Of a DNA stretch of 64,000 bases, positions 38,549 through 48,406 are shown piece after piece. The notes beneath the pieces were generated by a model. It did not search any database. It was given only the letters and a program-made list of their open reading frames with translations, and had not been told where the DNA came from. The position numbers and the translations under genes were made by a program. Source of the stretch: Planctomycetota bacterium (GTDB lineage Bacteria > Planctomycetota > SZUA-567 > H5-PLA8). Positions within the stretch are counted from its first letter, which is position 1. Every line of letters starts with the position of its first letter. The DNA is taken from the NCBI GenBank assembly GCA_038227875.1, contig JBBRPR010000045.1:1-64000 (forward strand). The letters run 5' to 3'.

Positions 38549-41500
38549 TCAATTGCCGTTGCGGTTGAAGCCGATCGCGCCGGTCGTCCCGGTCTTGCTC
38601 GTCTTCACCTGGAACAGCACGCTGGCCTGCGTTTCATACGAGAGCCCGGCGAAGAGAATCACGAGCTGAATTTTGCGCGGGACGTTCTTCTTGCCCGTGA
38701 GGTCCGGTTCCTTGGCGGAGATGCCTTCGGTGTCGAAGCCCGCCGCCACCACGCCCTGCTTGGAGAACGTCGCCGTCAGCGCGGCGGTCTTCCCAGTCTT
38801 GCCCTTTTTATAGGCGACTTTCATCGCTTTCAAATTTCCGGTCAGACTACCCGACGCGTTGCCCTTCGGATCGATCGTGACCTGATCGAGAATGTTGCCC
38901 ATGCCGATCGACAGACTCTGCGCTTTGGTCGTGTCCATCCCGGTCGGCAGCGCGAACGAGGCCTTCAGCGTCACGGTGTCGTTGGTCTTCGCGTTCGAAA
39001 ACTGGAACAAGCCCTTCAAGGCGCTGACGGTGACTTTCGCATTCGGGCGGTCGTCGGTGAAAGCCAGCGTCGAACCCAGTTCCAGCGGGCTGATCGCCAC
39101 GGTTTTACGGCCGTGGCCGGAGACGGAATTGTCCGCGGCGAAATGCTTGGAATCGACGACGTACAATCCGGCCGCGGGAAACTTCTGCACGAACGAGACG
39201 CCCGAACGCGCTTCGATGGTCGTATCGTCGCGTGACCCGACTCCGCGCAACCCCAGGCCGCGCGACAAGGCCGCCGTGGCCGTGCCGCTGGTCGTGGCAA
39301 CGACATTGGAGATCAGCACGTTCTTCTCGCCCGTCACGCTGCTGGAATCGATTTTGAATTCCAGCGCGCCCCCGGCGCTCGAGACCACCGAGACCGCTTC
39401 GCGGTTGGGAACCTTGGGCGGCGTAATCTGCGTCGCAACGTTGCCGATCAGTCCGCCGTTGGTGGCCGGGGCGAGGACCAGCACTTCGCGGCTGAAGATG
39501 GACGTCGTGGTGCCGTTGGAGGCCGTCACCGTCACGATGAACTGCCCGCCGGCCGTGTAGGCGTGCGTCAGCGACGCGCCGCTGCCAGTTCCGCCGTCAC
39601 CAAAATCCCAGGAGTAGGCCGTCGTTCCCGGAAGCGTAAACGCGGTCGTGAAATTCGTGATGATGCCCGGGCGCGTCGGAAACGGCGCGATGTCGATCAG
39701 CTTCGCTCCGCCGTCGCTGATTTCGCGCACGCGGAAGAGATCGCAGATGTAGATGTTCCCCGCGGAATCCTGCGTGATCGCATCGGTCAGACTCAACCGC
39801 GCGGCCGTCGGCGGGCCGTGATCGCCGAGAAAGCTGCTGACGCCGGTGCCGGCGAACGGACCGATCAGGCCGGAACTCAGCGAGACCAGGCGCACGGTGC
39901 TCTTGTCACGCTCGTTGATGTAGAGATATGTGGAATTGACCGCGACTTCGCTGGGATGAAAGAGCGACCCGGACGTCGCCAGCTGGCCGTCTTGTACGCG
40001 CAGGTCGGCGGAACTTCCCGTGCCGGCGACGGTACTGATCTTTCCCGTCGACGCGGAGATCATGCGCACGCAGTAGTTGCCGTAGTCGGCGAAATACAAA
40101 TTGTCGCTGGGATCCAGCGCCACGCCGTCGGGCTGATTCAACTGCGCCGCGGTCGCCGCTCCGCCATCGCCGGAAAATCCCGCCGCGCCGGTGCCCGCGA
40201 TCGTCGAAATGTTGCCGGCCGTATCGATCTTGCGGATGGCGTGGTTGCTGTAGTCGGAGATGAAATACTGGTTCTTCGAATCCACGGCGATGAACGACGG
40301 GTTGTTCAACGTCGCCAGCGTTGCCTTGCCGCCGTCGCCGGTGTATCCGGCAGTGCCCGTCCCCGCGATGGTTGTGATAACATTGGTCGCGATCGTGATC
40401 TTGCGCACGCGCTGGTTGCCCGAATCGCAAATGAGCAGATCGCCGTTGCGGTCGATCGCCAGACCGACCGGAAACGAGAGTTGGCTTGCGGAGGCCGGAC
40501 CGCCATCGCCGCCGAAGCCGCTGATGCCCGTGCCGGCCACCGTCGTAATCGTGCGCGTGACGGCGTCGACGCGGCGCACGTTGCTGTCGTTGTAGCCACC
40601 GACAAAAACATTCCCCGCCGCATCAATGGCGACACCGTGAGTCCGATTGATCGTGGCCGCGATCGCCGGCCCGCCATCTCCTGACCCGCCCGTGCCGGCG
40701 ATCGTCTGGATCACCTGCGTCGCCGCGAGAACTTTGCGAATGCGATTGTTGCCGGAATCGGCGACGAACACATCGCCCGCCGCATTCAGCGCCAGGCCCT
40801 GCGGATTCGACAACCCGGCGCTTTTCGCAGTACCGCCGTCGCCGCCGAAACTTCCCGACGAAAACGGCTGCGCGGTGCCGATGATCGTGGTGATCGTGCC
40901 GGCCGTGTCGATCTTGCGGATCACCGCGTTGGAGTTGTCCGAGAAAAGTACATTCCCCGCGGCGTCGACGACAATGGCCAGCGGGTAATTGCACTGCGCC
41001 GACTTGGCCGGGCCGCCATCGCCGGAGAATCCGGCCACGCCCGTTCCGCAGATCGTCGAGATGATCCCCGACGTATCAACTTTACGAATGACATTGCCGC
41101 TCAGATCCACGGCGCGGCCGGCGCAGATGTACAGGCTTCCCGCGCCATCCACCGCCACGGCACCGAAGACATCCAGCGTCGCGCTTGTGGCCGGTCCGCC
41201 GTCGCCCGTGCCGCCGACATTGCCATTTCCCGCCACGGTGCTGATCATCCCGGCTGTGTCGACCTTGCGCACGCGCGCGTTATTCGAGTCTGCAATGTAA
41301 AGATTGCCGTTCTTGTCGACGGCAACGTAGTTGGGCGTATCCAGCAGTGCCGCGTTCGCGGCGGCTCCATCGCCTGCGAAACCGGCCTTCGATGTTCCGG
41401 CGACGGTGGTGATGATCTTCGTGCTGAGATCCACCGCGCGGACGGCGTTGTTGCCCGAATCGGCAATGTACAAAATCGTGCCCGCGGAATTCAGCGTCAC

Positions 41501-41821
41501 GCCCTTCGGCGCGCTCAGCCCAGCCGATGTGGCCGGACCACCGTCGCCGAGGAAACCGGAATTGGCCGAACCGGCGAGCGTGGCAATCGCGCCGGTCGCC
41601 GCGTCGATCTTGCGCACGCGGTTGTTCTCGGTGTCGCCGATGTAAATGTTGCCCGCGCTATCGACGGCCAATCCCACCGGCCCGCTGAGCGTGCCGGCCG
41701 TAGCCGCCACACCGTCGACGATGCCGCCGCCGGCGATCGTTTCGATCGTCGCGGAAAACCCGGTGCTGGTCAGACTCGCAATAACCAGAATCAACGCAAA
41801 GTTGCGCAAGCGACGGTGCAT
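38549..41821 (-). CDS. secreted NHL-repeat beta-propeller protein with PKD domain
   Basis: Signal peptide; about 11-12 repeats of ITTVAGTG..GFSGDGGPA..A.L..P.G.A.D..GN.YI.D..N.R.RK; YSWDFGDG...HAYT. Confidence 0.9.
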   Translation of the reverse strand: MHRRLRNFALILVIASLTSTGFSATIETIAGGGIVDGVAATAGTLSGPVGLAVDSAGNIYIGDTENNRVRKIDAATGAIATLAGSANSGFLGDGGPATSAGLSAPKGVTLNSAGTILYIADSGNNAVRAVDLSTKIITTVAGTSKAGFAGDGAAANAALLDTPNYVAVDKNGNLYIADSNNARVRKVDTAGMISTVAGNGNVGGTGDGGPATSATLDVFGAVAVDGAGSLYICAGRAVDLSGNVIRKVDTSGIISTICGTGVAGFSGDGGPAKSAQCNYPLAIVVDAAGNVLFSDNSNAVIRKIDTAGTITTIIGTAQPFSSGSFGGDGGTAKSAGLSNPQGLALNAAGDVFVADSGNNRIRKVLAATQVIQTIAGTGGSGDGGPAIAATINRTHGVAIDAAGNVFVGGYNDSNVRRVDAVTRTITTVAGTGISGFGGDGGPASASQLSFPVGLAIDRNGDLLICDSGNQRVRKITIATNVITTIAGTGTAGYTGDGGKATLATLNNPSFIAVDSKNQYFISDYSNHAIRKIDTAGNISTIAGTGAAGFSGDGGAATAAQLNQPDGVALDPSDNLYFADYGNYCVRMISASTGKISTVAGTGSSADLRVQDGQLATSGSLFHPSEVAVNSTYLYINERDKSTVRLVSLSSGLIGPFAGTGVSSFLGDHGPPTAARLSLTDAITQDSAGNIYICDLFRVREISDGGAKLIDIAPFPTRPGIITNFTTAFTLPGTTAYSWDFGDGGTGSGASLTHAYTAGGQFIVTVTASNGTTTSIFSREVLVLAPATNGGLIGNVATQITPPKVPNREAVSVVSSAGGALEFKIDSSSVTGEKNVLISNVVATTSGTATAALSRGLGLRGVGSRDDTTIEARSGVSFVQKFPAAGLYVVDSKHFAADNSVSGHGRKTVAISPLELGSTLAFTDDRPNAKVTVSALKGLFQFSNAKTNDTVTLKASFALPTGMDTTKAQSLSIGMGNILDQVTIDPKGNASGSLTGNLKAMKVAYKKGKTGKTAALTATFSKQGVVAAGFDTEGISAKEPDLTGKKNVPRKIQLVILFAGLSYETQASVLFQVKTSKTGTTGAIGFNRNGN

Positions 41822-41961
41822 GAATTTTCCCTCGTGGGCATATGAAACAGGCGACAGTAGCGTGCTTTTAAGATAGTGTCAAAACAATCGTCGCCGTGTA
41901 CTTAAAAAGAGCGGCAGAGTTTTCCGTGTTGGTGGTGAGGAGTTTAGCGGGTGGGCCGGAA

Positions 41962-43383
41962 TCAGTTTTTGGGCAGCGCGCCGTCGCCAATGTCGAACTG
42001 ACCGACGTACAGCGTGCTCGGCTTTTTGTTGTCGCCGGAATAGAGCACCATCGCGTGGACTTCGGCGCCATCTTTCGGAATGGGGTCGCCGCCGCGGATG
42101 TTGCGTTTGAAGTCGGAGCACTTCACGACCATCCAGAACCACTTGTCCGTCGGCTGTCCGTAAAAATGAGCTTCGTAAAATCCATTGTCCGCAAACAGGT
42201 GAACCATGAGACTTCCGGTGTTCTCCAAACGGCAGGCAAAGCGGAACCAACTGTTGGGACCCAAATGAACCGGCGCGACTTTCTTATCCAGATTCACGCT
42301 CATCTGGGTCGAATGCCACGGCGGATTGGGAATCGCGCTGGCCTTCGCGACGGTGTCTTTCGAGCCGAAGATTTCGTGCTCTTCCATTTGGGCGTCGTTA
42401 TAAAATTTCCCGCCGAGCCCAGCCGGAACCGTGGTGAACAGAATTTTCGTCGCTCCGGGGGTGGCGGCCGTGCCGTTGTTCTTTTCCAACGCGGCGACGG
42501 GCGTTACGGGGGCGGTCGCTGCCACCGCTTCAATGGCGCGCTCCTTGGGTTTCCACTCGTTCATCTTCACACGCAAGCGCGACGCGAGCATCGAGTCGGG
42601 ATGCGCTTTGACGAAGACATCTGCCAGCGCGATCTTGTCCGCGGAATGGTCGTCTGCCAGCGCCTCAATCTTTCGCATCGTGGCGTCGAAATCCTTCTGT
42701 TCCTTGTCTTGCGCGCTGCCCGCCGTCAGCAGCATGTCCTGGCCGGTTCTCGGCATTTGCTTGTCGTCGAGCTGCTCGCGTTCTTTCACCGGAGTCGTTG
42801 GCGCGGGCGGCGCAAGCTCAACGGGTTTCGTCGGCATGGCTTTGTCGTGTTTATCGGTCTCGGCGTTCGCGACCTTCACCGGCACCGGCGGCTTCCCCGT
42901 AAACAGCACCACGCACAGCCCCACCACCGCCACAGCGCCAACTACGGCGCCGCCGATCACCATATTTTTGATGGATTTCGGAGCGATGACTTCGTCGGAC
43001 GACTTCACGGTCGGCATCGACGCTTCGGTGCCGCGCGCGCCGGAAACGCGGGAGCGCGGCTGCTTCATTTTGGATGAGCCTTGCGCCTGCAACATCGCCG
43101 TGGTCGCGGAGCCCGGCGTCGAACGATGCGGCGGCGTGCGGCGCGTAATGTTCGAGCGTGAGGGTTCGGGCATCGCCACGGGAACCGGCGGAACCGGCGC
43201 TGCGGGCGCTGGATGGTCGTCGGTGACGTTGAGATTGACGAGAGGTTCGAATTCGATCGTGTTGACGCCGCTGGCGCAGTCGAGGCAGTAAATGCCTTTC
43301 AACTGTTTGTTCTTACCTTTGCCCGCCGCCAGGTCGGCGTCGGTGATGCGTTTATTGCAGCCATCGCAAAAGTAAAAATTCAT
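41962..43383 (-). CDS. membrane-anchored protein: N-terminal CxxC...CxxC, Pro-rich linker, TM helix, beta-sandwich-like C-terminus
   Basis: MNFYFCDGC...YCLDC; TM VIGGAVVGAVAVVGLCVVLF. Confidence 0.75.
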   Translation of the reverse strand: MNFYFCDGCNKRITDADLAAGKGKNKQLKGIYCLDCASGVNTIEFEPLVNLNVTDDHPAPAAPVPPVPVAMPEPSRSNITRRTPPHRSTPGSATTAMLQAQGSSKMKQPRSRVSGARGTEASMPTVKSSDEVIAPKSIKNMVIGGAVVGAVAVVGLCVVLFTGKPPVPVKVANAETDKHDKAMPTKPVELAPPAPTTPVKEREQLDDKQMPRTGQDMLLTAGSAQDKEQKDFDATMRKIEALADDHSADKIALADVFVKAHPDSMLASRLRVKMNEWKPKERAIEAVAATAPVTPVAALEKNNGTAATPGATKILFTTVPAGLGGKFYNDAQMEEHEIFGSKDTVAKASAIPNPPWHSTQMSVNLDKKVAPVHLGPNSWFRFACRLENTGSLMVHLFADNGFYEAHFYGQPTDKWFWMVVKCSDFKRNIRGGDPIPKDGAEVHAMVLYSGDNKKPSTLYVGQFDIGDGALPKN

Positions 43384-43634
43384 GGAAAGCCTCGGCTCTG
43401 CCAGATGTTATATTAACTCTTGAGAGGGGTTTTTAGAGTGAACAAAGTGGATTAATTTTCAAACATTATGAATCGGCCTGATCGAATTCGGCCTGCTCAC
43501 ATGTTCACCTATGGGACGGTTGCATAAAGCACATGTTATTGGACAAATTCACTATTCCGACTTAGGCACACCGTGTTCTACACTTCCATACACGCTCGTT
43601 TTCCTTCATCCACGGACGACTTTTGGAGATTCGA

Positions 43635-44411
43635 ATGTCTTACCCCATCAGTGTGCAACTTTACTCCCTGCGCGAACAAGCCAAGGACGGCAACCATCTC
43701 GCGGTCATCAAAAAAATCGCGGAGATCGGCTACTCCGCCGTCGAAACCGCCGGCTTTTACGGACTCACTCCAAAGCAGTACCGCAAAGTGATGGATGACC
43801 ACGGCCTGACCATCTGCAGCCACCATGCCGGCGTCCCGACGCCCGAGCAGCTCAACGAATTCGTCGACACGCAGAAGGAACTCGGTACGCCCTATTGCGT
43901 CAGCGCGTGGATTGAGCCGGTCGAGTACACCACCGTCGACAAGATCAAACGCCTAGCCGAGAAGCTCGAGATCGCGCGCGCCGCTCTCGAAAAACAGAAC
44001 GTGACGCTCTGCATGCATAACCACGATTTCGAATTCCAGCGCCTCGACGGCAAAATTAAATACGAGATCCTCGGCGCGCTCTGCCCCAAGCTCCAGTTCC
44101 AGATCGACACCTACTGGGCGGCCAACTTCGGCGCTGAAAATCCCGCGGCGATGGTCGCGCAGTTCAAGGACCGCGCTCCGCTGCTCCACATCAAGGACGG
44201 TCCGCTGGTGAAGGGCGAACCGATGGTCGCGGCCGGCAAGGGCAAGCAGGATTTCCCCGCGATTTTCAAAGCGTCCAATCCGAACGTGACGAAGTGGGCC
44301 ATCGTGGAACTCGACGCCTGCGCCACCGACATGATGCAAGCCGTCGCCGACAGCTACACGTACCTCGTCGGTTCCGGTCTGGCCACCGGCAGGAAGCCGG
44401 TCTCGAAATGA
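43635..44411 (+). CDS. sugar phosphate isomerase/epimerase (xylose isomerase-like TIM barrel)
   Basis: VQLYSLR, HNHDFEF, IDTYW, LHIKD, IVELD. Confidence 0.9.
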   Translation: MSYPISVQLYSLREQAKDGNHLAVIKKIAEIGYSAVETAGFYGLTPKQYRKVMDDHGLTICSHHAGVPTPEQLNEFVDTQKELGTPYCVSAWIEPVEYTTVDKIKRLAEKLEIARAALEKQNVTLCMHNHDFEFQRLDGKIKYEILGALCPKLQFQIDTYWAANFGAENPAAMVAQFKDRAPLLHIKDGPLVKGEPMVAAGKGKQDFPAIFKASNPNVTKWAIVELDACATDMMQAVADSYTYLVGSGLATGRKPVSK

Positions 44412-45415
44412 ACGCAACCTACATCCTCTTCCCGGAAAAGGGACGCGTTACCGTCGAGCAGGAAACCGTCAGCGCCGACGACCTCAAGCCCACCGAGGTC
44501 GTCGTGCGTAACGAGACGTCGATCATCTCCGCCGGCACGGAGCTGGCGCGACTGAACGGTCTGGAAGGCCTGCAGTTTCCCTGCAGGCCCGGCTACGGCT
44601 CAATCGGCCGCATCGAAGCGCTTGGCAGCGGCGTCACCGATTTCAAAAAAGGCGACCGCGTTTTCTACGCCGGCAAGCACGCATCGGTTCAGCGCTTCCT
44701 GCACGGGCAGGATCATCAGTGGGGTTTGCTCTATCCGGTGCCGGAGCAGCTCGACCCCGTCGACGCCGCGTTTGGCTGCATGGCCCAGATCGCAATGACC
44801 GCGCCGAATGTCACCGAGCTCCATCTCGGCGATTCCGTCGCGGTGTTTGGCTTGGGCCTCGTCGGCAATCTCGCTGCGCAGATGTACAAACAAGCCGGCG
44901 CGCGCGTGATCGGCATCGACCCGGTCAAGCGGCGGTGTGAGCTGGCGAAAGCAGTCGGCATTGAGACCACGATCGACGCGCCGCCCGACCGCCAGGTCGA
45001 AGTGCTCAAGGAACTGACCGGCGACAAGGGCGCGGATGTCACCGTCGACGCCGTCGGCCACTCGGCGATCATCAACAATTGCGTCGATGGCACGGCGCTT
45101 TTCGGACAGGTCGTGCTGCTCGGTTCGCCGCGCGCGCCGTTGCAGGGAAATCTCACCAGCGTGATGAGCCAGATTCACATCCGCGGACTGGTCGTGCGCG
45201 GCGCTCACATGTGGCGCATGGTGCCCAAGGATGTGCGTGGCGTGAAAACATCCGTGGCCTGGTCGCTGCGCGTGGTGATGGACTTGATCGGCAGCGGCAA
45301 ACTGAAGGTCCTCGAACTCACGCGCCGCATCACGCCGAATGAAGTTCCAGCCGCCTACGCCGGTTTGCAGAGCGCGCCGGAACAGTACGTTGGCGTGGTG
45401 ATCGACTGGCGGTAA
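44408..45415 (+). CDS. medium-chain (zinc-binding type) alcohol dehydrogenase family protein
   Basis: SIISAGTE, PGYGSIG, GDRV, VFGLGLVG; ATGA overlap with upstream gene. Confidence 0.88.
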   Translation: MNATYILFPEKGRVTVEQETVSADDLKPTEVVVRNETSIISAGTELARLNGLEGLQFPCRPGYGSIGRIEALGSGVTDFKKGDRVFYAGKHASVQRFLHGQDHQWGLLYPVPEQLDPVDAAFGCMAQIAMTAPNVTELHLGDSVAVFGLGLVGNLAAQMYKQAGARVIGIDPVKRRCELAKAVGIETTIDAPPDRQVEVLKELTGDKGADVTVDAVGHSAIINNCVDGTALFGQVVLLGSPRAPLQGNLTSVMSQIHIRGLVVRGAHMWRMVPKDVRGVKTSVAWSLRVVMDLIGSGKLKVLELTRRITPNEVPAAYAGLQSAPEQYVGVVIDWR

Positions 45416-45474
45416 CTCTGGCGCAAATTTGCGCCAGGGTCAAAATGACCCTAGAGACCATGGTCCCTAGGGTC
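45414..45474. repeat. tandem pair of 28-bp GACC...GGTC palindromes separated by AAAAT (locus 2)
   Basis: AACTCTGGCGCAAATTTGCGCCAGGGTC-AAAAT-GACCCTAGAGACCATGGTCCCTAGGGTC. Confidence 0.8.
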
Positions 45475-45508
45475 TGCCTGGCCAGTGGCACCAATTCCCT
45501 CGCGGGGC

Positions 45509-48280
45509 TTACCTCGCGCTTCCATTCACCGACAACCTCTTCCCCGCCAACCGTCCCACCGGCGCGACGCGCCATTTTACGGCGGCGGGCGCGTCGATCG
45601 TCACGCGGAGGTGCTCGCCGTCGATGCGCCACTCGACGCGGATCGGACCGGCGCGATGCGGAACCACGCCGCGCGCCCAGGAGAGTGTTTCCGACTGCGG
45701 CGCGATGACCAGTTCGTCGCTGGGTTCGAGTTCCGGAAATCCAACGGGCACGCCGAGCACCTTCGTCGACATGTAGTACGTCGGCGCGCCGGCCCACGCA
45801 TGGCAGAGCGACGCGTGCGATTCAAACTGCTCCCAGACGGTGTCTGAACCTTCCAGCGCCATGCGTCCCCACTCGCGGCGCATCAGGTCTTCGGCGAGTT
45901 TCACCTGCCCGAGTTTGTAGAGCGCGCCAAGCACATAAAAGCCGCCGTACGGCGAGAGGCGCCGATCGGACTTCGCCTGCGACTTGGAGAGCACGGCCTG
46001 AAAGTGCGCCTTCAACGCTTCGGCCTGATTGGGCGCCGCGACGTCGTAAAGCACCGCCCAGGCGCTTGAACAGGGCGTGTGCGCTTCCAGCGGTTTGCCG
46101 TCCTTGAACCCGTCGCGATAGGCCTGTGCGTTGGCGTCCCAGAATTTCTCGCGCGTGGTCTTGGCGAGATCGGCGGCGGCGTCCGCATAGCGTTGAATGT
46201 CGGCCTTCTCGCCGAGCTTCGCGGCGATGCTGCTCATCGCGCCGAAACAGCGTGACAGCAGCGCGTGGACGGACGCGTTGCGATCGCCGCGGTCGAATTC
46301 AACCCACTCAATAAACGCAAACGAGTGTGGGACGATGCCGTCGGGCTGTCGGTTTTCGAGCGCGTTTTCCAGCAGGCGGCGGTAGCGCGGATAAAGCTCC
46401 CGCGCGAACGCCACGTCGCCGGTGCGTTCCAGATGCCACGCCCACGCCAGCAGCGTCACGAGCGCGAAATCGGAGACGGCGTTGATCTTGCCCGTCGGAT
46501 TACCGTGCGGAGCAGGGACGCGGCCGCCGATGTTCGGGTCGGTCTCCGTCTGGTGCTGCGTGAAGAGTTCAATGCAACGGCGCGCCAGGCGCAGATCACC
46601 GTTGCCGACGATCGTCGTCGCCATCTCCGCGAGCATATCGCCGGCGTAGAGCGTCCGCTCGCGCAACGGACAATCGGTGTAGATGTCCTCCGAGCATAAA
46701 CGCAGCGCGTTCCAGCCGAGCATCCAGACTTCGTTCATCAATTTGTCGGAGCATTCGAAATGGCCGAGCTGCTCGAACGGATAAATCTGCTCTACCGCGC
46801 CGATGGAACGGATCTTCACCGAACCCGAGGCGTTAAGGACATTTAACTGCAGGTAGCGGAAGCCGCGGGGTTCAAACAATTCCAGCCGACCCGCCCCACC
46901 CCGCGCGATTTCGCGTTCGCAGGTATTGATCCCCGCGCGCCGCAGCACCGACGGCTGCTGATTGCGGAAATCCTCAGAGTAACCGACGTCGAGAATCGTG
47001 CCGGCCGGCGCGTCGTAGTCGACGAAGATGCGGCCGAGCGTGCGGCGGCCGAAATCGAAGACGAACGCCGTACGCGTTCCACCCGCCGCCGCCAGATCGG
47101 CGATCTGCGTGGGTGACGATTCGAGGGTGCGCGCAAAACGGAGCGCGGCCATTCCCAGACCCGGATTTGTGTGCGCCGTCTGCCGGGCTTTGAGTTCCCA
47201 GCCCTTCGACAGCGCTGGCAGATCTTCCGGCTTGGCAAATGGATACGGAGCGTTTTTGAGCTTCTCGTCCTCTTCCTTCGTGAAGGGACCGGCAGCCATG
47301 TACGTGCCATCGCCGCTCGGATCTTTCGTCGCCGAGACTTTCAAACCCGCGGACTTCGGGAGAATGATGTAGTAATCCCACGCTCCCCAGATCATGCCGT
47401 AACGGTCGCAGTAGAAATTCCAGCCTTCGTTCAAGTGCAGCGTGATCTCTTCGCGCGTCGGCCGGTCCTTGTGCCCGGTGCGCTTCATTTCGGGCTGGCC
47501 GTTGAGGCAGTGATCGCCCCAGTAAGCGCCCGCGACCACATCCTGCGCATGCGGTGAATAGATGTACGTGTACGCAAAGACGCGCCGCGAGGCACCGTAG
47601 TCACCCGTGCTCAAATCCGGTCCGTTAAGGCGGAAGGCGTAGACGTCGTCGTCGTCGAGTTCGTACGTGCCGAGCAGTTCGCGCGGCACCAGCGGCGTCT
47701 GGGTGAGGTGCGGAATGCTGCGCGGCGTCAGCGTGCCGAAGGCGTCCTGATTTTTCAGCGCGACCGGCGCAGCCCAACCATCAGCGGCGCATCGCGGTAA
47801 ATTCCAATTCGGCGTATCGAGCCGCGCGTCATGAAGATGAAGCGGCGCTTGAGCGAAGCTGAATTTCGGCGCGGTCGCGTCGTAGCCGTTGGCGCGGCGG
47901 CATTTCCAGCCGCTGGCCGTGGAGAGATTGACCGTACCGACCTCACCCCACGCCACGAACGCGCCCGGCGCGGGCACGTGATGAAATGTCTCCATACCCC
48001 ACGACGCGACATGGACTGCGATCACGTTCTCGCCCTGCTTCAAATACGGTGCGAGTGGATGCGTGTCGTACTGCGGCTTCTCGGGATAGTGGCGCACGGG
48101 TCCGTATTCCACGAACGTGCCGTTAACGAATAGATGGTAGCGCGAATTGGCGAAAAGATGGAGCTCCGCGCGGGCGGGAATTTCCGTCAGCGAAAATTCG
48201 CGGCGGAAGTACGCGTGCGTGTTGCGGCCGGTGCCATCGGGATCGAGCCAGACCAACGGAGGACGTGAAGCAGTCATCAT
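45509..48280 (-). CDS. alpha-L-rhamnosidase-like glycoside hydrolase (GH78)
   Basis: YFRREFSL...RYHLFVNG, FDFG, RGFRYLQL, TDCPLRERTLYAGD, TVWE, SLCHAW. Confidence 0.85.
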   Translation of the reverse strand: MMTASRPPLVWLDPDGTGRNTHAYFRREFSLTEIPARAELHLFANSRYHLFVNGTFVEYGPVRHYPEKPQYDTHPLAPYLKQGENVIAVHVASWGMETFHHVPAPGAFVAWGEVGTVNLSTASGWKCRRANGYDATAPKFSFAQAPLHLHDARLDTPNWNLPRCAADGWAAPVALKNQDAFGTLTPRSIPHLTQTPLVPRELLGTYELDDDDVYAFRLNGPDLSTGDYGASRRVFAYTYIYSPHAQDVVAGAYWGDHCLNGQPEMKRTGHKDRPTREEITLHLNEGWNFYCDRYGMIWGAWDYYIILPKSAGLKVSATKDPSGDGTYMAAGPFTKEEDEKLKNAPYPFAKPEDLPALSKGWELKARQTAHTNPGLGMAALRFARTLESSPTQIADLAAAGGTRTAFVFDFGRRTLGRIFVDYDAPAGTILDVGYSEDFRNQQPSVLRRAGINTCEREIARGGAGRLELFEPRGFRYLQLNVLNASGSVKIRSIGAVEQIYPFEQLGHFECSDKLMNEVWMLGWNALRLCSEDIYTDCPLRERTLYAGDMLAEMATTIVGNGDLRLARRCIELFTQHQTETDPNIGGRVPAPHGNPTGKINAVSDFALVTLLAWAWHLERTGDVAFARELYPRYRRLLENALENRQPDGIVPHSFAFIEWVEFDRGDRNASVHALLSRCFGAMSSIAAKLGEKADIQRYADAAADLAKTTREKFWDANAQAYRDGFKDGKPLEAHTPCSSAWAVLYDVAAPNQAEALKAHFQAVLSKSQAKSDRRLSPYGGFYVLGALYKLGQVKLAEDLMRREWGRMALEGSDTVWEQFESHASLCHAWAGAPTYYMSTKVLGVPVGFPELEPSDELVIAPQSETLSWARGVVPHRAGPIRVEWRIDGEHLRVTIDAPAAVKWRVAPVGRLAGKRLSVNGSAR

Positions 48281-48406
48281 TTTTTTCCCGGAGAATCACG
48301 AAGAAAGAATCACGCGTCCATTCTGACCGCTGCACCAGACGCAAGGAATAAGGACGATGGTTATTTGCATGTGTTTTATGGAGCGGACGGCGAAACTCAC
48401 CATTAT

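Noticed and set aside
39700..41760. Periodic DNA repeats that could be mistaken for an array
   Set aside because: Degenerate coding NHL repeats; no identical repeat-spacer structure and no cas genes.
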